A stretch of 64,000 nucleotides of DNA from a virus: positions 92,009 through 156,008 of the IMG/VR virus record IMGVR_UViG_3300037478_000708. One strand, given 5' to 3'. Of this stretch, positions 51,580 through 60,316 are shown piece by piece. Under the pieces are notes generated by a model that did no database searches, was not told the origin of the DNA, and saw only the letters and a list, made by a program, of their open reading frames with translations. The translations under genes were made by a program, and so were the position numbers. The stretch's first letter is position 1. Each line of letters begins with the position of its first letter.

Positions 51580-54500
51580 GCGGCGCCGTGTCGGAGCAGC
51601 TCGTCTAGGCCACGGATCCATCGCGACCGACTCCGCGCTGCGTCAGGAGCACGTGCAGCTCTTCGAGCGCATCGCGGAGGAGACGCTGTACGGAGATCGT
51701 GCGCTCTTCGACTCGTTGACCGCCGCGGAGCGCAAGCTCGTCGTTGAGTGGCTCGCTGAGGCGATCGTCGACGGCAAGGTGCAGACGACGATGCACGATC
51801 TCATCTGGGAGGTCGACTTCATCCGCAAGCCCCCGGACATCGAGACCTTCCTGCACGACGAGTATTACCTCGGCCGGGTTGCGTCGTTCCTGCACCCGAA
51901 GTGGAAGGACGATCTGCGCGAGGTGTTCCGCCCCGGCTCGCCCGTGTTCGAGTGGATCTTCACCGGGGCTATCGGAGTCGGGAAAGGTCTAGCTACCAGC
52001 GATGTCGTCCTTACCCCTGACGGCTGGCGCAAGGTCGAGAGCATCCGTCAGGGCGACCTCCTTATTGGCCAGGACGGCAAGCCGACGCGCGTTGAGGGTG
52101 TGTATCCGCGCGGCCGTTTGCCTCTGTACCGGGTCGAGTTCGACGACGGCAACTACGTCAACGTCGACGGCGACCACCTGTGGACCGTCCAGACCCCTAC
52201 GCAGCGCAATCGCGGTCAGGGTTGGCAGACGCGCTCGACGGCTGACCTTGCGGACGACCTGCACATCGGCAACGCAGTCGGGTCGAAGAAGTGGCATATC
52301 CCGCTGGTCGAGCCTGTGCGCTTCGCAGACGCGCCACCCCTTCCGATCGCGCCCTACGCTCTCGGCGCGCTGATCGGGGACGGAGGGTTGACTTCAAGCA
52401 CCATCCGTTTCTCCTCGAAGGACTTGGAGATCGTGGAGCGCGTCGCGCGTGAGCTGGACTTGGATCCCCGTCCGGTTGGAGACGGGTGTGACTACCGCAT
52501 GTCGCGCGACCGTGGCGATCGTGAAGAGCACCCTCTCTCGCGCCTTCGTGACCTGGGTGTGAGTGTTCGATCGGAGCACAAGCGCATCCCGCGACCGTAC
52601 CTGTTCGCCAGCGTCGAGGATCGTTGGGAGCTGCTACGCGGTCTGATGGATACGGACGGCTGGGTCCAGAACCGAGGACGCTCGACTCTGTTCTGCACGG
52701 CTTCGTTGGAACTGGCGGGAGACGTGCAACATCTGGTCGAATCGCTGGGTGGTGTGGCGTCGCGTCACCGCAAGAAGACGACGCATCTGGACGCTCACAT
52801 CCTCGACATTCGACTCTCAACCAACCCGTTTTGGGTTCCGCGCAAGGCCGACGAGTGGCGGCCCGCCACGAAGTACCGGCCTCGCAGGATGATCGCGTCG
52901 ATTACCCCGACGGGCGAAGATGCTGTCGTCTGCTTCAAGGTCGCGGCCCCTGACGGCCTGTTCGTCGTGCGACACTTTATCGTCACGCACAATACGACCG
53001 TAGGTGACATTGCGCTGGCGAAGAAGCTATGCGACTTGTCATGCTTGCGCGACCCCTCGCGGTACTACGGCTTGCTCCCCAACGAGAAGATCGTCTTCGG
53101 CATCTACTCGAAGACGCTGACGCAGGCCGCCGACGCGGGGTTCTACAAGCTGCGCGGCTACCTCGACGTGTCGCCCTACTTCCGGGAGCACTTCCCGCGC
53201 GACCCGAAGATCGACACGCGCATCGACTTCGAGCCGCTGACCGGCAAGAAGATTCAGGTGGCGCAGGGCTCCCGCTCTGGTCACGCGCTCGGTCTCGACC
53301 TGTTCGCCTTCCTCATGGACGAGGCGAACTTCATGGACGAGAAGGAGGACAAGCAGTCCGGCAAGACGATCGGACAGGCGTACGAACTCTACAACGCGAC
53401 CTACACCCGTCTCCAGTCGCGCTTCGGTCGCAAGGGCGGTTCGCTTCCCGGCATGGTGTTGCTCGTCTCCTCGCGGAACGCGCAGACGTCCTTCCTCGAG
53501 GAGCACACGAAGAGCGTGCTGTCCGGGGAGCACGCGCAGCATACGTTCGTGTCGGACTACGCGGTGTGGGAGATCCACGACACGAAGTACACCTTCCCCG
53601 GGTTCACGGTGGAGGTGGGCGATCGCCTGGCGAAGTCGCGGATCCTGAAGGAGGGGGAGAAGCCGCGCTCAGGCGCGCGCGTCGTGGAGCTTCCGCTGGA
53701 GCTTCGACGGCCGGCAGACCTCGACTTGGATCAGACCCTCCGCGACATGGCCGGCATCGCGACCTTCGGCACGTCGCCGCTGATTCGCGATCGCGCGTCC
53801 ATCTTCGAGGCCGTCCATCCGAAGATGGCGCACCCGTTCACGCGGCAGGAGATCATCTGCGACATCGCGGACAGCACGCTGATCGAGGAGCACTACCTCC
53901 TGCGGAACGTGACCCGCGTGGTCGAGTCGCGGAACGTTCCTCGGCTCAACCCGAAGTGCCCGCGCTTCATCCACGTCGACATCGGTCTGACCAACGACTC
54001 GCTGGGCTTCGCGATGGGGCACGTTGCGGGCACGGTCAAGACGGAGCGGGTGAATGCGGAGGGGACCGTTTCGACGGAGGTCAATCCGTACATCATCATC
54101 GACCTCATGCTCCGCGTGTCGTCTCCGGCGGGAGGTGAGGTCGACCTGTCTAAGGTGCGCGCGTTCATCCTGTACCTGCGCCGACTGTTCCCGATCGCCA
54201 AGGTCACGTTCGACCAGTTCCAATCGTCCGACTCGATTCAGATCCTCAAGAAGCAGCGGCTCGACGCGGGGCATCAGTCGGTCGACAAGCGGGACGATGC
54301 CTACCTGTCGCTGCGTTCGGCGTTCTTCGACCGGAGGATCGCCACCTACCGCTACGATCCGTTCATCGACGAGGTGCTGGACCTCGAGCGCGACGTGAAG
54401 AAGCGCAAGGTCGACCACCCGAAGAAGGCGTCCAAGGGCGGACGCGGGTCGAAGGACGTCAGCGACGCGGTGGCGGGAGTCATCTGGCTCTGCATGAACG

Positions 54501-54661
54501 ACGATCGGGCACTGCACGATTCGGTCGCCGATCTGGAAATCGCGTCGCGGGCGCGCACCGCGCAAGCGCATGCCGTCAACGATCCGGTTCCGCCGGATCA
54601 TCGGAAGGGTCGGCTGGGAGTCACCGAGAAGACCTGGGACGATCTGCGGGCCAACGTGTAG
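51560..54661 (+). CDS. terL: Terminase large subunit containing an intein
   Basis: Walker A GAIGVGK|T split by intein, MDEANF, HVDIGLTND, TFDQFQS, KVDHP...SKDVSDAVAG. Confidence 0.9.
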   Translation: MAKRQAKRRRVGAARLGHGSIATDSALRQEHVQLFERIAEETLYGDRALFDSLTAAERKLVVEWLAEAIVDGKVQTTMHDLIWEVDFIRKPPDIETFLHDEYYLGRVASFLHPKWKDDLREVFRPGSPVFEWIFTGAIGVGKGLATSDVVLTPDGWRKVESIRQGDLLIGQDGKPTRVEGVYPRGRLPLYRVEFDDGNYVNVDGDHLWTVQTPTQRNRGQGWQTRSTADLADDLHIGNAVGSKKWHIPLVEPVRFADAPPLPIAPYALGALIGDGGLTSSTIRFSSKDLEIVERVARELDLDPRPVGDGCDYRMSRDRGDREEHPLSRLRDLGVSVRSEHKRIPRPYLFASVEDRWELLRGLMDTDGWVQNRGRSTLFCTASLELAGDVQHLVESLGGVASRHRKKTTHLDAHILDIRLSTNPFWVPRKADEWRPATKYRPRRMIASITPTGEDAVVCFKVAAPDGLFVVRHFIVTHNTTVGDIALAKKLCDLSCLRDPSRYYGLLPNEKIVFGIYSKTLTQAADAGFYKLRGYLDVSPYFREHFPRDPKIDTRIDFEPLTGKKIQVAQGSRSGHALGLDLFAFLMDEANFMDEKEDKQSGKTIGQAYELYNATYTRLQSRFGRKGGSLPGMVLLVSSRNAQTSFLEEHTKSVLSGEHAQHTFVSDYAVWEIHDTKYTFPGFTVEVGDRLAKSRILKEGEKPRSGARVVELPLELRRPADLDLDQTLRDMAGIATFGTSPLIRDRASIFEAVHPKMAHPFTRQEIICDIADSTLIEEHYLLRNVTRVVESRNVPRLNPKCPRFIHVDIGLTNDSLGFAMGHVAGTVKTERVNAEGTVSTEVNPYIIIDLMLRVSSPAGGEVDLSKVRAFILYLRRLFPIAKVTFDQFQSSDSIQILKKQRLDAGHQSVDKRDDAYLSLRSAFFDRRIATYRYDPFIDEVLDLERDVKKRKVDHPKKASKGGRGSKDVSDAVAGVIWLCMNDDRALHDSVADLEIASRARTAQAHAVNDPVPPDHRKGRLGVTEKTWDDLRANV
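51986..52993 (+). mobile_element. Class 3 intein (Gly1, WCT motif) with LAGLIDADG homing endonuclease, 336 aa
   Basis: Starts GLATSDVVLTPDGW; block B DHLW; LGALIGDG and LRGLMDTDG; block F VVCFKV; ends IVTHN|T. Confidence 0.88.
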
Positions 54662-54718
54662 AGTGCCCGGTCCGCGCGGAGTATCCTGAGCGCGCCACAC
54701 CCCAAGCGGAGGACGCCC

Positions 54719-56773
54719 GTGCCGGAGAACGAAAACCGAACCGTAAGAGCCCGTCGAGGCGCTCCCGAGCGAAGTGCGCCCACGCAGCCGCATACGGTTC
54801 CGTCTTTCTGGAGGCTGTTCGGCCTCTACCGCCGGCAGACCCGGCCGACCAGCTTCGACTACGGGTACGCCGACGCCGGCAGCGGCTCACCCGCGAGCTG
54901 GGCCGAGCTGTCGAAGCACCTGAGCCTCTCCAGCGACCGCCGTCGCCGCTACGACATCTTCGACGAGATGGATGGCTTCGGCCTGGTCTCAGCGGTGCTG
55001 TCGGTCTACGCGGAAGAGGCGACGCAACCGGACTACGACAAGGGTGTGCGCGTCTGGATCGAGTCCAAGGCCAAGCACATGATCGAGGCGGGCAACGCCT
55101 GTCTCGCGAACTGTCAGATCGAGGATCGGGTCTTCGCCGTGACGCGGCGGACGTGCAAGTACGGCGACGCGTTCCAACGTCTGCTCTACGCGTCGGGCAA
55201 GGGAGTGCTCGGCTGGCGCTACGCGAGTCAGAGCAACATGACCCGCGTGGAGGACAAGTTCGGTCGCCTGGTCGGCTTCAAGGAGGAGGGCGGGGCCTTC
55301 CGTAAGGCGCTGCATCCCAAGGGCACTGATACGAGTTTCCCTTGGGATTACCTGCACTTCCGACTCCTCGGAAAGAACGAGGAGGACGGCTACGGGAGCG
55401 GGCTGTGCGAGCAGTTCTTCCGCGAGTGGCGGTACATGACGCTGACCGAGGATGCGATCCTCATGTACCGGCTGCGCCGGATGCCGGACCGCAACGTCGT
55501 GCTCGTCGACGTCGGCAGCCTCGAGGACCACGAGGCGATGCGCTACGTGAATCAGTGGCGCAAGCGGCTGCGCAAGCATGAGATCGTGGATCCGGCGAGC
55601 GCGACCTACCGCAAGCAGTGGAACCCGATCGGTCCGCTGGAGGATCTCTTCTATCCGATCCGGCAGGACTCGAACACACGCATCGAGACGCTGCAAGGCG
55701 GCGGGAACATCGGCGACATCTACGACCTCGAGCACTTCCGCGACGCCTTCTTTGGTTCGGCCGCCGTGCCCAAGGCGTACTTCGGCTTCGAGGGCGAGAT
55801 CGACGCGAAGGCGACGCTCCAGCAGCAGGACATTCGCTTCGCGCGCACGGCCAAGCGGATCCAGCGAGCGACGATCTATGGAATCCGTCAGTTGCTCGAC
55901 GTGCACTTCACGCTTCTCGGCACGCCGCAGAACAAAGGCAAGTACGATCCGCTGGAGCGCGACAACGAGTACCTCGTGATGATGTCGCCCATCTCCTACC
56001 TCGAGGAGCTGGAGAGGCTCGAACTCGTGCGCATGCGCTACGAGATCGTGCAGACCATGACGGGGTTGAAGAACGACCTGCAGCTCGACGCGCGCATGTG
56101 GGCGGTCTACATCCTCGTGAACTTCGCGCGACTCCCCGATGAGTTGGTGATGCGGCTCATCCAACAGACCGCGGAGAAGCCCGTCGAGGGGCGGGGAGAG
56201 GCGTTCAAGGCATTGCCTCTCGAACAGCAGAAGCAGATCCTCGACAACGATCGCACGGAGCTGTCGATGCTGCGCCCGCTGACGGAAGAGGACAAGCGGT
56301 GGATTCACCTCTGCGTGGCGCAGTCGCCGGGTCTCCAACATCGGATCCGTCGCTTCGAGGAGCTGGCGTCCGACGAGGTGGACTATCTCGCGCGGCAGCA
56401 GATCGACACCTCGCTGCTTCCCGTGGAAGTCGCCGGCAACGGGGACAACTACCTCTTGCAAGACGACTACGAAGAGGAGGCCGCGATCAAGCAGTTGAAC
56501 GAGGACGTTCGCGTTCTCCGCCGCGCCGCGGAGGCTGCGCAGACGATCGAGATTCAGCTCAACGAGGGCCAGGCGGAGGCGACACCGGAACAGATCGAGG
56601 AAGCCATCAGGGCCGCCTCGTCCAAGGCCGCGAAGATCCTCGAGGACCGCAAGAAGCAGAACGCCCCCGACGGCCCGGGTAGGGAACAGACGTCGGAGGG
56701 GGCGCGTCTCGCGGGACAAGCAGCCTCCGGCAAGGCGTACGTTGCGAAGACCACGGGCAAGCTCGGCGGATGA
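54719..56773 (+). CDS. Portal protein (T4 gp20-like)
   Basis: RY..FDEMD, CKYGD.F, HFRL, EDAILMYRL.R.P.R....VDVG, IETLQGG, VPKAY, QDIRFART. Confidence 0.9.
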   Translation: MPENENRTVRARRGAPERSAPTQPHTVPSFWRLFGLYRRQTRPTSFDYGYADAGSGSPASWAELSKHLSLSSDRRRRYDIFDEMDGFGLVSAVLSVYAEEATQPDYDKGVRVWIESKAKHMIEAGNACLANCQIEDRVFAVTRRTCKYGDAFQRLLYASGKGVLGWRYASQSNMTRVEDKFGRLVGFKEEGGAFRKALHPKGTDTSFPWDYLHFRLLGKNEEDGYGSGLCEQFFREWRYMTLTEDAILMYRLRRMPDRNVVLVDVGSLEDHEAMRYVNQWRKRLRKHEIVDPASATYRKQWNPIGPLEDLFYPIRQDSNTRIETLQGGGNIGDIYDLEHFRDAFFGSAAVPKAYFGFEGEIDAKATLQQQDIRFARTAKRIQRATIYGIRQLLDVHFTLLGTPQNKGKYDPLERDNEYLVMMSPISYLEELERLELVRMRYEIVQTMTGLKNDLQLDARMWAVYILVNFARLPDELVMRLIQQTAEKPVEGRGEAFKALPLEQQKQILDNDRTELSMLRPLTEEDKRWIHLCVAQSPGLQHRIRRFEELASDEVDYLARQQIDTSLLPVEVAGNGDNYLLQDDYEEEAAIKQLNEDVRVLRRAAEAAQTIEIQLNEGQAEATPEQIEEAIRAASSKAAKILEDRKKQNAPDGPGREQTSEGARLAGQAASGKAYVAKTTGKLGG

Positions 56774-57216
56774 AGATCAAGATTCCCTACACCGGCGGTC
56801 CGGACAGCGAAGCCCTCGCGGACTGCATCGACTACGCCGCGCAACGGGCCAAGATCACCGACGAGCGCGGACTGCGGTTCCTGACCTTCTTCTTCGAGCG
56901 CCTGGTCGACAACGTGTGCGCCGGCCGCGTGGTCGGGATTCCCGCGGTCGGCAAGTTCGGTCCGTGGCTCGAGGAACGTCAGCTCAGGCTGAAACGCTAC
57001 AACCACGGACTCCCGTTCAACGTTCCCAAGTTCGTGCCGGCGCCGTCCTTCCGTAGGCAGTGCAAGGACACGGCGCCCACGTCGCGGGTGGGGAAGCGGC
57101 TGCTCAACAACCATCGGCTGAGCTACGACAAGGTGAAGTGCGTGAATTCCGCGGCGCCGACGCACGTCACGATGGCCCGCATCCGCGCGTCCATCGACAA
57201 CCAGCTCGGCCAGTGA
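56770..57216 (+). CDS. Divergent HU/IHF-like protein
   Basis: V.AGRVVGIPAVGKF...PKFVPAPSFR pattern. Confidence 0.5.
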   Translation: MKIKIPYTGGPDSEALADCIDYAAQRAKITDERGLRFLTFFFERLVDNVCAGRVVGIPAVGKFGPWLEERQLRLKRYNHGLPFNVPKFVPAPSFRRQCKDTAPTSRVGKRLLNNHRLSYDKVKCVNSAAPTHVTMARIRASIDNQLGQ

Positions 57217-57230
57217 CAGCGTGTCACTGG
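57210..57230. repeat. Dispersed palindrome copy 6 (CCAGTGACA-GCG-TGTCACTGG)
   Basis: Contains the upstream stop codon, ends 5 bp before ATG 57236. Confidence 0.95.
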
Positions 57231-57235
57231 ACAGG

Positions 57236-58174
57236 ATGGACTCGCTGATCCAGTACGACGATCTCTTCCTCTACGCGCCTTCCTTCACGCTCTGGGAGGA
57301 GGCCGGCAGTCCGCAGCTCTTCGAGGGCAAGTACGTGGGGACTGCGCGTGAGCAGGACATCGTGTTCCTCGACAAGGATCGGACGATGGACGCGCTCCTG
57401 CGCCCGGAGGACTACGCGCGCGAGCGCAAGGTCGGGGTGACCTCGGGGAAGCGTCGGCTCAAGCAGGTGCAAGATCGCGTCTACGGCGAGTTGCTTGCGG
57501 CGGTCGATCGCAACGACAAGGGCTTCTCGTCGCAGCGGGAGTTCCAACGCGTGGCCGAGCAGATCATGAAGCGCGCGTGGAAGGAGGTCTTCGCGGCCGG
57601 CGTGCGGGCCACGGGCATCGCGGGCCGCGGGCAAGGCAAGAGCGGCGTCGAGTTCACGGCCGACGACGAGACCTGGCTCAAGGGAGCGATGGCGCACGAG
57701 ATGCGCTTCCTGAACGGCTTCGTGAACGCGGTCGCGGATCAGGACTACAAGATGCCGCTCTCCAGGCGCACGCGCATGTACGTGGACGCGCTCGAGAGCT
57801 TCTACGACTCCGCCCGTGTGATGGGCATGCCGGCCACGTCGGTCTTCCGCTGGACCGGCAAGAGGGACAAGCGCGTGTGCGAGTCGTGCACGTACCTCAA
57901 GGAACACAACCCCTACCACAAGAAGAATCTTCCCACGACGCCGCGGTCGGGGCTGACGATCTGCCTGACGAACTGCCGCGATCGTCTGCTCGTGCGGGTG
58001 GTCAGTTCCGATGAGGCCCTGAACGTCCTGCACGGCGGGAAGACTCGTGAGCAGCACATCAGGAAGCTCCGGGAGATCAAGCGGCAGGCTCGGGGGGGTC
58101 GCCGGAAGCTCCGGGAGGACGTCTTCTACTCGCGGGAGTCCCTGGACGGCGCCGGTTGCGCCTGCGGGGACTGA
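57236..58174 (+). CDS. MuF-like minor head / head morphogenesis protein
   Basis: R..MY, RW....D..VC.SC...P..P.SG.T.C.TNCR; follows portal. Confidence 0.7.
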   Translation: MDSLIQYDDLFLYAPSFTLWEEAGSPQLFEGKYVGTAREQDIVFLDKDRTMDALLRPEDYARERKVGVTSGKRRLKQVQDRVYGELLAAVDRNDKGFSSQREFQRVAEQIMKRAWKEVFAAGVRATGIAGRGQGKSGVEFTADDETWLKGAMAHEMRFLNGFVNAVADQDYKMPLSRRTRMYVDALESFYDSARVMGMPATSVFRWTGKRDKRVCESCTYLKEHNPYHKKNLPTTPRSGLTICLTNCRDRLLVRVVSSDEALNVLHGGKTREQHIRKLREIKRQARGGRRKLREDVFYSRESLDGAGCACGD

Positions 58175-58181
58175 TTCAAAC

Positions 58182-58210
58182 TTCACGGCGGCCGGTGGTT
58201 CGGGTACCCT
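58182..58210 (+). promoter_or_regulatory. sigma70-like promoter TTCACG-N17-TACCCT
   Basis: Precedes a structured leader. Confidence 0.4.
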
Positions 58211-58216
58211 TGTGGC

Positions 58217-58287
58217 AGCCCGGGGCGGCGGCTCAGTAAACCTGATGCCTGGGTGCTGGGGAGCAACGGAGTCGTCGCCTCGTGGTT
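58217..58287 (+). ncRNA. Candidate structured RNA / 5' leader
   Basis: 14-bp stem with three G:U pairs enclosing an inner hairpin. Confidence 0.4.
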
Positions 58288-58313
58288 TCAACCCCGAAGA
58301 GAAGGTGACAAGC

Positions 58314-58526
58314 ATGGCAGACCACAAGATTCACGGCGACGCGGAGGGTCACGGTGAGGTCGAGGGCGACCTCGGAGAGGCCAAGTCCCCGAAGCCGAAG
58401 CCCGGAGCGCTCGTGGAAGATGAGACGCTCGGCGGGCTGACGAGCGGCGGAGTCGCTCCGAAGGATCCCTCCGGGCACGTGACCGAAGGCGAGGCGACCG
58501 ATCCGCGCGAGCGGCCGGCGGACTGA
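58314..58526 (+). CDS. Small hydrophilic protein
   Basis: AAGGTG RBS, ATG 58314. Confidence 0.5.
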   Translation: MADHKIHGDAEGHGEVEGDLGEAKSPKPKPGALVEDETLGGLTSGGVAPKDPSGHVTEGEATDPRERPAD

Positions 58527-58582
58527 GACTGAATCACCGGAACCAAAGGCTTCCTAGAAGCCGGACAACGGAGAAATGAAGC

Positions 58583-59083
58583 ATGGCAGTGAAGAAGACG
58601 GCGAAGAAGGCGCGACGAACCGCTGTGGCGACGGCGGAGGTTCCCCGGGAACCCTCGAAAGGTGCTCTTGATCCGGACGTGGTGCGCCGAGCAACTCAGG
58701 TTCTCGTGCAAGCCGCGCAGACCTATCGTGAGGTGCTGCGCGACCTGCCCGACGAAGGCGAGATGACGCAGGACATGATCGCGATGGCACACGTCTTCAA
58801 CGGCGCGGAGAGTGCGCTGAGCGACGTGTCCAAGAGCTTCGCCGCGAACGCCCTCCGCTTGCGCGCGGCCGGCTCGTTCGCGCCCGGCAAGCTGCGGGTC
58901 GAATTCACGCTGCAAAAGGGCAAGCGCTCCGTGGCGTGGAAGGCGGAGGCGGTCAGACAGGCAACGTTCGTTGCCAAGCTGAAGGGCGAGGAGTTCAACC
59001 CGAAGCAGTACGAAGAGCTGATTCACGCCAACACGGCTCCGTCTCCGGATACCTACAAGGCGGTCATTCGCGAGACGGCGTGA
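58583..59083 (+). CDS. Hypothetical protein
   Basis: GGAG RBS; KRSVAWK motif. Confidence 0.65.
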   Translation: MAVKKTAKKARRTAVATAEVPREPSKGALDPDVVRRATQVLVQAAQTYREVLRDLPDEGEMTQDMIAMAHVFNGAESALSDVSKSFAANALRLRAAGSFAPGKLRVEFTLQKGKRSVAWKAEAVRQATFVAKLKGEEFNPKQYEELIHANTAPSPDTYKAVIRETA

Positions 59084-59370
59084 AACGTCGACCCAAGAGG
59101 ATCCAGAATCCCGGGCTCCTGCATGGACCGACGCGCATCGAGATCGAGGAGGTCACGGCGAGGCACAAGCTGCCCTGTGCGGGCTGCGAGCGCGTGCCGC
59201 GGACTCGTCGTCTCAAGATCGTCGAGGGTGCTGGCCGCGCGGCCAGCACCACGGTCTACTGTGAAACATGCGGGGCGTCGTGGCTCTTGGAGCACGCTGA
59301 GGACGTCACGCGGGCCATCGGACGGTTGTCCGGTGCCGATTTTTCGGTGAGGAGAACCCGAGATGAGTAG
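59080..59370 (+). CDS. Zn-finger hypothetical protein
   Basis: CAGC...CETC; GTGA coupling. Confidence 0.5.
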   Translation: MKRRPKRIQNPGLLHGPTRIEIEEVTARHKLPCAGCERVPRTRRLKIVEGAGRAASTTVYCETCGASWLLEHAEDVTRAIGRLSGADFSVRRTRDE

Positions 59371-59719
59371 CCCGAAGCGCAACCCCAAGGTGTTCAGCAC
59401 GACGGACGGGCAGGAACCGCACCCCGAGTTCTCGGGGTACGACTCCGGTGCTCCGCAGCCCGTGAACCCGGCGACGGGTCAGCACCGCGCGTACTGGGTG
59501 CTGTCGGAGGAAGAGCGTGCCAAGGGGTTCGCGCGGCCCGTGCGACGTTCCTACGTTCACGCGACCTGCGGTGCGGTAACGACGATGGGGCAGGCGATCG
59601 CGGAGACGTACGCGCGCGATCCGAAGTTCTACAGCACGACGTTTTGCTGTGCCTGCCGCGTGCATCTCCCAGTCGCGGAGTTCCGGTGGGACGGCACGGA
59701 AGAGCCCGTGGGCTCGTGA
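59363..59719 (+). CDS. Zn-binding hypothetical phage protein
   Basis: YWVLSEEERAKGF.RPVR..Y.H..CG..T.M...AETYAR.P.FY..TFC..C..H. Confidence 0.75.
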   Translation: MSSPKRNPKVFSTTDGQEPHPEFSGYDSGAPQPVNPATGQHRAYWVLSEEERAKGFARPVRRSYVHATCGAVTTMGQAIAETYARDPKFYSTTFCCACRVHLPVAEFRWDGTEEPVGS

Positions 59720-59731
59720 GCGAGGTGCTCA

Positions 59732-60106
59732 ATGGCTGACCCCAAGGTCGAGATGCTCTACGAGGATCCGGAAGAGCCCGAGGAAGGTTTCGTGCGGGCA
59801 GTGAAGACCATGCCCCTGTGGGGGCAGGTTTTCGCCTGGCTGTCCTGGCGCATGCCTCTCGGCGCGCTTTTCCTGGCGGCTCTTGGGGTGAACGCTGCCT
59901 ACTTCGGAGGCTGGGTCAGCGGCGTCAGCGCGATCGTTGCCGACGCGGCGCTGGTCGTGTTCTTCTTCTGGGCCGTGTACTGCCGGAACAACTACCCGAA
60001 TCCCTGGCGCTTCGCGGTGATCGTGACGCGGCGGCCGATTCCGAGAGAGCTACGCGAAGCCGCGCTGCGGGGTGAGCCCGTTCCGCCGGAGATAGAGGAG
60101 GGTTAG
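59732..60106 (+). CDS. Membrane protein (2 TM)
   Basis: Two hydrophobic segments; GAGG RBS. Confidence 0.6.
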   Translation: MADPKVEMLYEDPEEPEEGFVRAVKTMPLWGQVFAWLSWRMPLGALFLAALGVNAAYFGGWVSGVSAIVADAALVVFFFWAVYCRNNYPNPWRFAVIVTRRPIPRELREAALRGEPVPPEIEEG

Positions 60107-60316
60107 GTGTACGGGTACAGGAGGCTTGTCGTGTTGATGTTCGTTGGGCTCGTCGCCGGTGCCGGCCTGACGCTCACCCTGTTCGTCGTCAGGGACCGTA
60201 AGCACGCCCCCGAGATCGAGCGTCTCCGTGCGGCCGAAGCGCACTGTCTCGAGAACCACGGTGGCTTCTCCGAGCTGCCCGAACCGTGGCACGGGGCGAA
60301 GGGCGTCGTGCGATGA
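60107..60316 (+). CDS. Small membrane protein
   Basis: One TM; GAGGAGG RBS. Confidence 0.55.
   Translation: MYGYRRLVVLMFVGLVAGAGLTLTLFVVRDRKHAPEIERLRAAEAHCLENHGGFSELPEPWHGAKGVVR

Noticed and set aside
4288-57230. Palindromes as a CRISPR array, REP/IS ends or recombinase sites
   Set aside because: Copies are kilobases apart with no spacers, cas genes, transposase or recombinase in the window; a 3-bp centre fits neither tyrosine (6-8 bp) nor serine (2 bp) recombinase cores
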